Part shown: positions 1 to 11,215 of the stretch, in pieces
Layout of the letters: every line of letters begins with the position of its first letter
How positions within the stretch are numbered: position 1 is the stretch's first letter
Origin: Priapulus caudatus
Taxonomy: Eukaryota
Direction of reading: 5' to 3'
Assembly: GCF_000485595.1 (NCBI RefSeq)
Contig: NW_014577072.1
Span: 808,537-843,192 of the forward strand
Length of the DNA: 34,656 bases
Program-made: the position numbers and the translations under genes
Notes under the pieces: generated by a model
The model's input: the letters and a program-made list of their open reading frames with translations, nothing else
Told to the model about the DNA's origin: nothing
Databases searched by the model: none

Positions 1-256
1 TGTTTTTCAAGAAAAACACACATTTTATTCATTATTATAAAATATAATATCACTATAATTGTAATTCGTAGTGTAAATGTGTTATTTTCAACTTTATATT
101 AAAGTTACGAGAGGGTCTGAGCTCTCGTAATGTTATGAGGCTATTTGCAAGGATTTTTCGTTCTCGTAACCTTACGATGTTTCTGTCAACGGTTTACGAG
201 TGGAAGTTAATGGTAAGACTAATGTTGCGACTAATTTTGTTTCTGACAACGGCCCC

Positions 257-748
257 CTGGTAATTAATTAAACTATTCGTGCTTCAATAAAATTCAAAAT
301 TCACAGAAACCATAGCTAAGAGATGTGTTTATATGTATCTAGAATTTTAGAAATGTAACTCAAATCGTTCGCGAGATATTAGCCTATGACGACACCGCGC
401 ATATATTAGCCTATGACGATACCATGCGTACGTATATTTCTGGTAATTAATTAAACTATTCGTGCTGCAATAAACTCAAAATTCACAGAAAACATAGCTA
501 AGACATGAGTTTATATGTATCTAGAATTTTAGAAATGTAACTCAAATCGTTCGCGAGATATTAGCCTATATGACGATACCGCGCGTATATTACCCTATGA
601 CGATACCGCGCGTACGTATATTTCTGGTAATTAATTAAACTATTCGTGCTTCAATAAACTCAAAATTCACAGAAACCATAGCTAAGACATGTGTTTATAT
701 GTATCTAGAATTTTAGAAATGTAACTCAAATCCTTCGCGAGATATTAG
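257..748. repeat. Tandem repeat, ~183-184 bp unit, ~2.7 copies
   Basis: CTGGTAATTAATTAAACTATTCGTGC... recurs at 257, 440 and 624 with near-identical downstream sequence. Confidence 0.9.
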
Positions 749-786
749 AGTTGGGGCGTGTGAAACATCTCACGAGTTAGCCGGCG

Positions 787-905
787 AACCGAGCTGAGCG
801 ATCTCCAGACGCGTCAACTCATCTGACAAACCGAGCTCACCGATCTCCAGACGCGTCAACTCATCTGACAAACCGAGCTCACCGATCTCCAGACGCGTCA
901 ACTCG
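787..905. repeat. 42-bp minisatellite, ~3 copies
   Basis: GATCTCCAGACGCGTCAACTC starts at 800, 842 and 884; explains the repetitive ORF 770..1009. Confidence 0.9.
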
Positions 906-940
906 GTCAACTGCAAACCGAGTTGGCAGGTGAACCGAGT

Positions 941-1175
941 GCAAAAGGTTGAAAGCTTGTTTCGTCGCTCACATACGTCAGACGGTACGTCACAGTTTCG
1001 ACTGTACAAAATTTAATTAATTTTGTTTTTAATAGGGTTAGGGTTATTTTTTAGAGTTACGGTTAAGGTTAGGGTTAGGGTTAGGGTTAGGCTTACAATG
1101 CACCTTAAAACAGGAGTTTGAGTCCGTACGGACGTGACGTCACTTGAGCGACGAAGCAAGCTTTCAACCTCTTGC
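941..1175. mobile_element. Small inverted-repeat element enclosing a (TTAGGG)n tract
   Basis: AGGTTGAAAGCTTGTTTCGTCGCTCA (946-971) is the near-perfect inverse of TGAGCGACGAAGCAAGCTTTCAACCT (1145-1170); TTAGGG repeats at ~1033-1091 lie between them. Confidence 0.6.
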
Positions 1176-1203
1176 GAACCGAGTGGGGCCGAGGCGGTTC
1201 AAG

Positions 1204-2322
1204 GATAGAGAACATGGGTCCCAATAAAACCAATATGTCATTTACATCAATTTTCATGATGATCAATATAAATATAATATTATATCAATATAATACTAAT
1301 AAGGTTAGGATTATATGGTTATGGTTAGGATTAGGGTTAGGATTAGGGTTAGAATTAGGGTTAGGGTTAGCAGGGCTCGACTTTAACGGTGGCCCGGGTG
1401 CCAATGGCCACCTGAAACGGCGTCNNNNNNNNNNNNNNNNNNNNNNNNNNNNNNNNNNNNNNNNNNNNNNNNNNNNNNNNNNNNNNNNNNNNNNNNNNNN
1501 NNNNNNNNNNNNNNNNNNNNNNNNNNNNNNNNNNNNNNNNNNNNNNNNNNNNNNNNNNNNNNNNNNNNNNNNNNNNNNNNNNNNNNNNNNNNNNNNNNNN
1601 NNNNNNNNNNNNNNNNNNNNNNNNNNNNNNNNNNNNNNNNNNNNNNNNNNNNNNNNNNNNNNNNNNNNNNNNNNNNNNNNNNNNNNNNNNNNNNNNNNNN
1701 NNNNNNNNNNNNNNNNNNNNNNNNNNNNNNNNNNNNNNNNNNNNNNNNNNNNNNNNNNNNNNNNNNNNNNNNNNNNNNNNNNNNNNNNNNNNNNNNNNNN
1801 NNNNNNNNNNNNNNNNNNNNNNNNNNNNNNNNNNNNNNNNNNNNNNNNNNNNNNNNNNNNNNNNNNNNNNNNNNNNNNNNNNNNNNNNNNNNNNNNNNNN
1901 NNNNNNNNNNNNNNNNNNNNNNNNNNNNNNNNNNNNNNNNNNNNNNNNNNNNNNNNNNNNNNNNNNNNNNNNNNNNNNNNNNNNNNNNNNNNNNNNNNNN
2001 NNNNNNNNNNNNNNNNNNNNNNNNNNNNNNNNNNNNNNNNNNNNNNNNNNNNNNNNNNNNNNNNNNNNNNNNNGGTTTTGTTCTTTCTTTGTTGTTGTCG
2101 TAATCTAGCTATGTTATTGCGATTATTTGCCAAAACACATTACCCATAGTTAGGATACAAATAAATTATTTAATAAATGTAGCAACCGGGCCACCTGAAA
2201 ATCCATTTGGCCACCTGAATCTCATACTCAAGTGGCCCGGCCGGCCACCTGAAAAAAAAGTCAAGGGCAACCCCTGGTTAGGGTTAGGCACATTGGTTTT
2301 ATTGGGACCCATGTTCTCTATC
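1204..2322. mobile_element. Inverted-repeat element with telomeric-repeat core, interrupted by a CAGGG...CCCTG element and an assembly gap
   Basis: Perfect 31-bp IR GATAGAGAACATGGGTCCCAATAAAACCAAT (1204-1234) / 2292-2322; TTAGGG-like repeats at 1302-1370 and 2276-2288; GGCCACCTGAA motifs on both sides of the gap. Confidence 0.6.
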
Positions 2323-2360
2323 ATTGGGCCCCGGAGGCCATGTCTCAGTTGACTGCTTGC

Positions 2361-2531
2361 TAGCTCTAGAACTATAGGTATAGCCCTCCGCTCCGCCTGC
2401 GGAGGAGGCGGAGAGCCTATACTATAGTCTATACTATAGTTCTACTCTAGAGCTAGCCACAAGTTCCCATCTCGCCTAACACTACGTGGCGAGTAACAGT
2501 CGGAGAGCCTGGTCGGTTTACTCTAGAGCTA
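2361..2531. mobile_element. Tiny MITE with TAGCTCTAGA termini and 9-bp TSD (Academ/MULE-like)
   Basis: TAGCTCTAGA...TCTAGAGCTA flanked by ACTGCTTGC (2352-2360) / ACTGCATGC (2532-2540); internal hairpin. Confidence 0.6.
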
Positions 2532-2641
2532 ACTGCATGCTAGCTCCAAGAAACGGTATTGCTAGGGTTAGAATGCCCTATTGTGTATGACGTATTGACG
2601 TTAGTCACACAGCCTGGTCGGGTTAACTGCATGCAGACTCC

Positions 2642-2743
2642 TAGTCCGCAAATGCAGACGTAAACTCCGCTTTGCTAATCTGAGGGTGCGGGTTTATCTG
2701 AGGGTGCGGGACCCATTACTGGGGTCTGCGTCGGCTCGGACTA
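2642..2743. mobile_element. 102-bp MITE with TAGTCCG termini and perfect 9-bp TSD
   Basis: TAGTCCG...CGGACTA flanked by GCAGACTCC at 2633-2641 and 2744-2752. Confidence 0.65.
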
Positions 2744-3259
2744 GCAGACTCCGAGTCTACGATCTCTGATGTGCTCGAAAGTATAACTTCAATGGTTTGA
2801 TTAACATTTTACTTACTTCTATATCTGTAACTATTCCTTTACCATATAACAGTCAATCAAGTAGCAACGAAGGTCGGAGAGAGAAGACCGGATTATAAAA
2901 CAGACGGTTAGAAAAGTCAAGGTAGAAGTAGAACAGACGGTTATAAAACATCTACACACCTTGTTTAGCTCTTTCCATAGACTGACACCGGGCTCCAGAT
3001 TGAATGATATTGCCTAACGTAAGGAAACGAAACGGTCCCAATCTAACTTTTGCCCAGCAGCTACGTAACTATTACGTGTGCACGATAACACTGTGCTTTA
3101 AAAAATTATATTAACGTATTAGAAACAAATTTATATTTATCCGAAATTACGCATTACTATTGTAGTACACGGGCATACTAGATTATTTGTTAAAAATAAG
3201 GTTTTTTCGGTTAATTGTTACATTCGACATAAAAGCTGTTTCATATTTATATTATACCT

Positions 3260-3270
3260 GAAGATGGCAG
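3260..3270 (+). promoter_or_regulatory. YY1-like motif upstream of UQCR11
   Basis: GAAGATGGCAG resembles the YY1 consensus AAGATGGCGG, ~110 bp upstream of the ATG; the motif is common at housekeeping/mitochondrial promoters. Confidence 0.35.
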
Positions 3271-3372
3271 CACGTTAGTCAGTTTTGGAACTGGAGAGAA
3301 TCTCCTAAAGGTCGCAAAAAGTTTCCTTCCACCGAAGAAATTCCTGCATTGTTTCTTCTAAGCAAATTCACA

Positions 3373-3425
3373 ATGAAACTTGTACACTTACTTGGACCTA
3401 GATACCGACAGCTAGCCATGACTTG
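3373..3425 (+). CDS. UQCR11: Cytochrome b-c1 complex subunit 10 (6.4 kDa), coding exon 1
   Basis: MKLVHLLGPRYRQLAMT(W) matches the family N-terminus (LGPRYRELARNW); phase-2 donor TG|GTAATG. Confidence 0.92.
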
Positions 3426-4384
3426 GTAATGTATATTATTGGTAGTAATGCGTAACAGTAGGCTAGCACTGACATGCTAACTCGCGTTCATTCAGAATCA
3501 TTGGACATTAGCCTAGGCCGCTACTAGCGCCGGAATAAAATGATAAATACATGGTGTAAAGTTGTGTAAAGTATTTACTGTATTTACTGTACAGCCACAC
3601 ATCACATCAAGTGTTTGTATGGCTATCAAGGGTTAGGCAGCTTNNNNNNNNNNNNNNNNNNNNNNNNNNNNNNNNNNNNNNNNNNNNNNNNNNNNNNNNN
3701 NNNNNNNNNNNNNNNNNNNNNNNNNNNNNNNNNNNNNNNNNNNNNNNNNNNNNNNNNNNNNNNNNNNNNNNNNNNNNNNNNNNNNNNNNNNNNNNNNNNN
3801 NNNNNNNNNNNNNNNNNNNNNNNNNNNNNNNNNNNNNNNNNNNNNNNNNNNNNNNNNNNNNNNNNNNNNNNNNNNNNNNNNNNNNNNNNNNNNNNNNNNN
3901 NNNNNNNNNNNNNNNNNNNNNNNNNNNNNNNNNNNNNNNNNNNNNNNNNNNNNNNNNNNNNNNNNNNNNNNNNNNNNNNNNNNNNNNNNNNNNNNNNNNN
4001 NNNNNNNNNNNNNNNNNNNNNNNNNNNNNNNNNNNNNNNNNNNNNNNNNNNNNNNNNNNNNNNNNNNNNNNNNNNNNNNNNNNNNNNNNNNNNNNNNNNT
4101 GAGGCCGGATTCCAGTCTACCCTTCGGCAAAAAACAATAACCGTAAACGTGGCTTGCTGCCAACCGCTGCCAGTAGACAATTGATAAATCGTGTGCCTGT
4201 GTATGCACGTGGTAGAACACGAATATTTAAATGCTGCACGTGGACTCGGCCCGCACGCGATTTAAAGCGCGGGAAATGACGCTCGCGCAAGAATGGCCAG
4301 CTGTGATCTGTATGGTGTGTAGCTAAGTGCAGTAAATTTAGAGAAATTTTAGTAGAATTCATACGATGACACAAAGTTTTTTAT

Positions 4385-4543
4385 AACAATGGTCTGGGTC
4401 TGGGCTAGTGAAAGTTAGGTCAGGGCTAGTGGTTTTCCTCAGTTACTAGCCCGATGGTCTAGTGAAAGTTAGGTCAGGGCTAGTGGTTTTCCTCAGTTAC
4501 TAGCCCGATGGTCTAGTGACATAAAAAGTTAACGTTGAACCCT
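4385..4543. mobile_element. End of a hAT-like non-autonomous element with a 54-bp internal tandem duplication
   Basis: CTAGTGAAAGTTAGGTCAGGGCTAGTGGTTTTCCTCAGTTACTAGCCCGATGGT occurs twice; terminus AAAGTTAACGTTGAACCCTG. Confidence 0.45.
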
Positions 4544-5605
4544 GTTAATGTACTTCCATTAGCAGAAGTTGATGTATTAATTTGTTATGAGTTTTCCTTT
4601 ATTTTACAAAAGTGCCTTGGTGCTCTCAAATTGTGAGAGTTGCCTTGATGCCTTTTAAAATTGACTCGGTGCCCATCCATTTTAGAGAAAATTCAAGGCA
4701 ATTTCTCACATGCCCCCAAAAAATTGCCTTGCCCCTCTCGTCACTTAATTCGAGGCCTGCCTAACCCTAACTCTAACCATATCAGATAGTTAAACCAGGG
4801 TACGTTCTGGTATACCGGACCGTACCCAGGTTACGTTCCGGCAGTACCCTGGGGGACATAGACCCTATGAGCGTTATTGGGACAGAATGGGGCAAACTCC
4901 ACGACAGATGGCGCTCTCGCTCATGAGCTCAAGCCTCGATCTACCACTGCCACAAACAGATTTCGGTTACAATTTGTAACGCTTTTTCACTACAAGTTTT
5001 ACAGCAGGCACGTTACTCGTATCCTATGTAATAAGATTTGGACTAATAAAATTTGCCAAGACATTAAAAATCCGACCATTATTTTATGAGAAATTTGATA
5101 AAATAGTGATACGAAATAGTGCGCCCATTTATTACTTTCAAATCATTACGCTGTTTACTAAACTAAGTTCACGTGTTTTTTTAATATTTATCATGAATTT
5201 TTCGGATGCTTGCCAATATACCCAATTCTCGAACATTGTCGTTGATGCATTTTTGCGTATTCAGCTTAAAACATCTAAATTTGTCCACCAACAAACATGC
5301 AAATCATAGAAATTTCTAATGTTTTGTTCGGCGGCGACTTCGCGGCCGTTGGATTGCCATTTGCTGGATTTCCCCGGAGCTCCGCTCACTTGAAAAATAG
5401 TGCTAGCATTGTGGCAGTGGTATCTTGAGTGTGCGAAGGTGGGCGCTGCATGCAGTTTGAGAACGGGGTTCATTGAAATTTCGTGAGATCGCATGCAAAA
5501 TGCATGCGCTGCGAATGCGTCCCGTACGCCGCTATTCGCGCGGAAAAAAAACCGTTCCCTTCTACATGGCTTTACCTTGCTACTGATATGTGTATACATC
5601 ACTAT

Positions 5606-5940
5606 CACGGGGTGCAAAATTAACGGGTGTCCGGAGTCAAATACTCCCTGATTTACTGTCGGGACTCCCTGATTTGACATATGCAGGAGTCCGTGTGACT
5701 CCCTGAAAATTCTGCAATTACTAACTAGTTTGTTCCAGAGCACGGCCTCGCAGAATTACTGTATTTTTTCAGCTAATGTCCAAAGAAAATTTGGCTGACG
5801 TGCAACTGCATGAATCTTAAAAATAAGCACATGCGTTATTGTTAATATCTTTAATTTTGAACCTCAGACTGCGGACTCCCTCTTTTTGAGGGTAGGGAGT
5901 TCGTTGGACTCCTTTGATCAAAAGTTAATTTTTACCCCTG
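5606..5940. mobile_element. hAT-like MITE
   Basis: Imperfect TIRs GGGGTGCAAAATTAAC / GTTAATTTTTACCCCTG; repeated GACTCCC subterminal motifs; TSD not clear. Confidence 0.5.
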
Positions 5941-6328
5941 CTATCATGATAGTGCTGAGGTTGTTTTGACTCAACTTGATTGGCCTCCTCTTCGTGTCCG
6001 TTTTATCCATGCTAAATTTATAAGCATCCTTTCTTAAAATTTGTCATGGTCAGGTAAGGATTGGCATTCCCTCTTGCTTAACGAAGCCTGTTCGTTGATC
6101 TGTTTATTTGATCAACATTGTCTCTTTTCGTCAGCGATATAGTCCCTTTGACTTTGAAGACGAATATTTATGAGGTTGAGGTATGAGAACATAATGCAAT
6201 GAACCATTGCAGGATATTTGGTTACACAATAGCTCATTGTTACATAAAAATGTAGTGAAAAAGAGGCCTTGGTAGGCATTACTACTAGGAAATGTTTACA
6301 TTGGTACTCCTCCAATTTGTCTTGGTAC

Positions 6329-6908
6329 TAGGACTGTCATTGGTATCAAATTATTTCGATTCGATTATTGATATTTTTTTTTTCGATATTTCGATCCGAT
6401 TCGATCCGATTCGATTTAATAATTGTAAAAATACAATGAGCCGTGAAGTACACGTAAACTCCATGATATTGTGTTCTACTATGATTAACTACGCATTTAT
6501 CCATCGCTGTGCTTAAATCAACATGCGACTAGTATATATTTACTGAATTCACCAGATTGACCTGGCGTCGCGGCGATGGCGAAGCTAGCAGACATGCTTT
6601 TAGCGGTAGACGTATTTTAATTATAGAGAGTCAGTGAGACAGGAACGCACCAGAGACAATAGAAACACCAAGTTATTGATTGTCCTCCTTGCTATGCATG
6701 CGCCCTGGAACTACTTTCCGATAATGGCGGCGCCGGCGCTCAGGCTCAAAAATGCTACCCGCGATGGCTCCGCTGGCATAGCATTTTTAGCAAAAAATAC
6801 AAAAACAAAAAAACAATCGATCGGCTATTTTTCGATTTATTTCGATATCGATATCGGACGCAAATCCATCGCGATTTATCGATGAGGTGGGCATCGATGA
6901 CAGTCCTA
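6329..6908. mobile_element. hAT-family MITE (580 bp) in the UQCR11 intron
   Basis: TIR TAGGACTGTCAT / ATGACAGTCCTA; perfect 8-bp TSD CTTGGTAC (6321-6328, 6909-6916); CGAT-rich subterminal repeats. Confidence 0.88.
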
Positions 6909-7079
6909 CTTGGTACCATAAAATTTTCAATCAAATCAATGCCCACGCCTGCCTTGCTGTAGGGAAAAATCAAATTAGACCCCCCCCCCATTAAATGACG
7001 ATACATGGGTTTAAAAATTAAATTTCTACCCATATTGCTGAAATACCTGTTCTCTTAGTTTTCTATTTTTGAATAAAAT

Positions 7080-7116
7080 CAAGAGCGTATAAAGAAGCCT
7101 TCTTAATACGCTCTTG
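7080..7116. mobile_element. 37-bp palindromic micro-element, copy 1
   Basis: CAAGAGCGTATAAAGAAGCCTTCTTAATACGCTCTTG with 7-bp direct repeat ATAAAAT on both sides. Confidence 0.8.
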
Positions 7117-7180
7117 ATAAAATGCATGCACATTTTATCAGCCATCATGTTGTAATAGCACAAAATGCTTCATATTTCAG

Positions 7181-7307
7181 GGTACCAACTGCTGCAGTAT
7201 TCGGGGGCGCTTCTGGAGTATCTCTGTTATGGATGTGTGACTGGAAAGTGGTCATGCGCTATGTGCCATACTATGGCAGCAAATTCAGTGAGAAAGACGA
7301 AATATGA
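7181..7307 (+). CDS. UQCR11: Cytochrome b-c1 complex subunit 10, coding exon 2
   Basis: Acceptor TTTCAG|G completes Trp; VPTAAVFGGASGVSLLWMCDWKVVMRYVPYYGSKFSEKDEI* matches the family pattern W-x-P-T...W-x-x-DW...VPY...KF; total 59 aa. Confidence 0.93.
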
Positions 7308-7438
7308 AGTACATCTCTTGACTAATAAAAAGGTATATCATGTTTTAATGATATTCTAGACACCTTAAACATGTCTTCATATTCACACGTTTTAGAAATG
7401 TAAATGGGTTATACTATTTGGTAACTTTAACATTTTAA

Positions 7439-8028
7439 AGGGATACATTACTCTAGGTTCTTGGGATATTTTCAGTTAAAATAGGATAAAATTACACTAC
7501 ATAAAAAGTTTTACGGTTCAATATACATTTTTAAGTTTAAAAAAAACGTTTTACAACTGACGGCTATACCGTTTCTTACAACGACGGTGGCGCCACTGGA
7601 AGCGCATCCACTGAAAAAGTTGCGCAAAGCAACGTTTCGGCTGCAGGCTACAGATCGAGGGTGTCTCTTAATAAATAACTTAAGAGGAGAACTATTGCAA
7701 TATCTTATAAACGACACTTAGTTTCAGTTATAATATGGACGAATTTGTCCTGAAATAAAAATCGTTCGGTTAAAAATAGCAGTTAGGTATGAATATAATT
7801 GCACTTTTGTGATTAGCCCTCGGTCTGTAATGTGAAAAATAAATTGGCAAATGCGCAACTTGGGTGGCAGCACAATTGCGCAGTGTCATGTCAGCAGTCA
7901 AAAATATAAAATCATTAAAGATTTCGAAATTCAATATTGTTTTATTATAAACGTGAATGCATGATTATAGAAATTTGTAGGTACTTACTATCATAATATA
8001 CTCTAAAGTTATAGGGGAAAGTATCCCT
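7439..8028. mobile_element. Kolobok-type non-autonomous element (590 bp)
   Basis: TTAA|AGGGATAC ... GTATCCCT|TTAA: TTAA target duplication with purine-starting TIRs. Confidence 0.7.
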
Positions 8029-8128
8029 TTAAACATTTAGCAATTCATTTAAAGTATAATGTAATCAGTGCTAAAACTGTGACCACTTTACAATGTAGTA
8101 CTCAATAATAAGTATGGTGCATACCTAA

Positions 8129-8487
8129 GGCGAGAATTTTTTATTTTGTTGGTTTACAGATCTGCCGACCCGAATTTTCAAGAAAAACAAAAAAAAATAA
8201 AAATTGAAAATCTGTATTTTTTTATTCCCGCCGACCTTTTCTCTAAGAAATATGAATAAAAAAATTTAAATGTAAAATACAAAACCATTTCATAAACAAA
8301 CAGTTTATAATAAAAGTAAAAATAATTACAAGTTAAGTTTTGTTTTCATTTAGGTTTCTTAAAATACTTTAATATCATGTATAACAGTATCACTGTATTT
8401 TGACTTTATTTTTTATTTATTTTTACTTTACCGAGTCAACAACAACAACAAAAATTCTGTAAACCAACAAAATAAAAAATGGTTGCC
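8129..8487. mobile_element. PIF/Harbinger-type MITE
   Basis: TAA|GGC...GCC|TAA; subterminal IR TTTTATTTTGTTGGTTTACAGA / TCTGTAAACCAACAAAATAAAA. Confidence 0.7.
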
Positions 8488-9223
8488 TAATTGTTGATAT
8501 CATATAATGACATTAAGTTATTGTTATGTATATATGTAGTATTTAATTTATTGGGTCTCACTGATAAAAATGTGATTTGTAGGTTTTATGTGGTCTTTCA
8601 TCATGGGTAGGAATACAACGACAACAACGAACGGAGAATGGATTGACATGGCATTTTCTATCATCCACCAGCCATCACTGAATGGAGACTATGTTTAGTA
8701 AAATCAAGGTTTTCAAGTTCACAAAGATCAGTAAAGAAAAATGTTTGGTTCTCTGTAAAATGAGTTCTTGTATTGCTACTTCAATTGGCCCATGTTGTCC
8801 CAGTGTAGTCGTTATTGTTAAAATAAATTATACAGTGTGCAGTAACATTTACTGAAAATAAGTGTTTTGTATAAATTTACGACAAAAATGATGTATCATA
8901 CTGTATTGGCTAACCAATTATCATGAATGTGAAGGTGCATAAATAATCTCATCAGGTGGTTTCTGTAACAGGCGACATTTATGCAAAAAATACTTTAAAA
9001 ATCAATCTGATTTTTACAAGCGAAAGTGAATTCATGATAGTTTTGCAACTTTAAACAAACAAACAAATTGTGTGTGGTGCATATGATAATCAGAGCCTAC
9101 TGCTTTTTCAATTCATAAACAATGTCAAAAATTATCTACATGGATTCTGACTGAACCAGATAAATGCTTCATAGATGTAAATGGATGTGTTAATAAGTGA
9201 TATCGGAAAGTCCAGCTGTGTGA

Positions 9224-9600
9224 TTTAGGTCATAGAAAAAGGGGGATAAATTGGCCGAGGTGCGCTTAGCTTAGACACTCGTTCGTTTGACATAGTCAAA
9301 TGCAGCTTGTAGAATCGCATGATCGTCCGTCCGTCCGTCCTGCAGCTTGTAGAATCGCATGATCGTCCGTCCGTCCGTCCGTCCGTGCGAGCGTCCGTCC
9401 GTCCGTCCGTCAACAATTGGGCACAAATCTTAACCGCTCGACGTACGGTCACGATATTCGGGACGTGGGGGGGTAATCCGAAAACGAGTTGGGATGTCGA
9501 AGCTGGGGGTCAAAGGTCAAAGGTCAAGAGGTGTAAAATAAGGGGGAACATTCACTCCTTAACTTAAAGCCGCACAATGCGCATCCAAACGCTAATTTCT
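9224..9600 (+). mobile_element. Helentron-associated (HINE/DINE-1-like) element fragment running into a gap
   Basis: (GTCC)n microsatellite near one end, 40-bp duplication 9301-9380, GGTCAAAGGTCAAAGGTCA motif typical of this class. Confidence 0.55.
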
Positions 9601-11114
9601 NNNNNNNNNNNNNNNNNNNNNNNNNNNNNNNNNNNNNNNNNNNNNNNNNNNNNNNNNNNNNNNNNNNNNNNNNNNNNNNNNNNNNNNNNNNNNNNNNNNN
9701 NNNNNNNNNNNNNNNNNNNNNNNNNNNNNNNNNNNNNNNNNNNNNNNNNNNNNNNNNNNNNNNNNNNNNNNNNNNNNNNNNNNNNNNNNNNNNNNNNNNN
9801 NNNNNNNNNNNNNNNNNNNNNNNNNNNNNNNNNNNNNNNNNNNNNNNNNNNNNNNNNNNNNNNNNNNNNNNNNNNNNNNNNNNNNNNNNNNNNNNNNNNN
9901 NNNNNNNNNNNNNNNNNNNNNTGTCCTAACAATGATGTGTACGCAACTGCGTGTCTGCATATCTGTGCCTAACAAATGTGGTACTACGCACGACTGAAAT
10001 TTTACGTTTATAACCATAGCAACAGACCTCAGATGAGCCCAGACGCTCTGCGGCTCTTGTTAGTTTTTGCGTTAACACAAGCATTGCAAAATATCCCAAA
10101 TGACCACAATCATATTTGTAAATGTTTCTGTAAACAGAAACGCACCTGTGAATTGAAGTACGATGTTAGTGAAGAGAATTATAGATCAAAAACACAGAAA
10201 TGTTGTTGTAATATATAAAAATTCCCGTTGCATTTTATTATTTAATCTAAGAAGTAATACAGATTTTCACTTTGCCACTAGTAAAATTCTATTATACATG
10301 AAGTTTAAATATTAAATGTCAAGTTGGGATTTAACTGCATGTTTTTTTTCTGATTAGACACACGGTGCAAATTTTGAAATAGCAGGCTTTTTTACCACAT
10401 GTAAACCTCGTATTTACCACATATAAATAACTAAATTGCATAGAGACGATAAGATGCAGGCAGTGATATTGCTTTTTTTCCAAATGGCGCCACTATGCTG
10501 CACTGTTGAAAGCAGAGCAAGTGAATCAGGTATTGATTTACCTGCTCTGCTGGACGTTTGCCAGTATACAATTAATACCGTAACCAGCCTGTCTTGTATG
10601 CATGTGGTCTAAACATTACTAGCTGAAATAATATTCGACTATGGTTTTTTATTAGCAGCCAGGTATGCAATATACTGATACATGATAAATGATGCCAATC
10701 TAATCCTATTGATTAATACTATCCCTGACATATGTTGTAAGATATAACAGATGTATGTCTGAACTAAATACCACAGAAGTAGGCCTACCTACTATAGTAA
10801 AATTTAAGTGATTAATCTAAATTCAGGGTAATATACCCTATTACATCTTTATTTATCATTGTTAATTCAGATTGCATTGTCCTATAACTATACGTACCTC
10901 CATTATATATTGCGCATTGACTATCTATGAACAAATACGCACTAATTATAGGTACTAAACAGTCCCAGAAATATAGTCATCAGTGAAACTGTCTGGCAAT
11001 GTAAGTTTAAATATCTACGCAAATGTAAAAATTGAAACTCTGGTTATTTCCAGCCTGTACTAATATGGCTGTCATCTGTTTCGGAACCTTCGTTATAAAA
11101 TTAAAGTCGCTAAC

Positions 11115-11153
11115 ATATGTATATATATATATATATATATGTGTATGTATATC

Positions 11154-11213
<60 letters not shown>

Positions 11214-11215
11214 TG
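11115..11215. repeat. (TA)n/(TATG)n microsatellite
   Basis: Direct reading. Confidence 0.95.

Noticed and set aside
1033..1370. True chromosome telomere
   Set aside because: The tracts are short, degenerate, internal and bounded by inverted repeats.
2960..3013. Minus-strand peptide AISFNLEPGVSLWKELNK or MERAKQ as the start of a known protein
   Set aside because: Too short, and no following exon could be identified to support a family call.
1172..4220. Long ORFs of 160-325 aa containing X runs (also 9564-10017)
   Set aside because: They only span N gaps.
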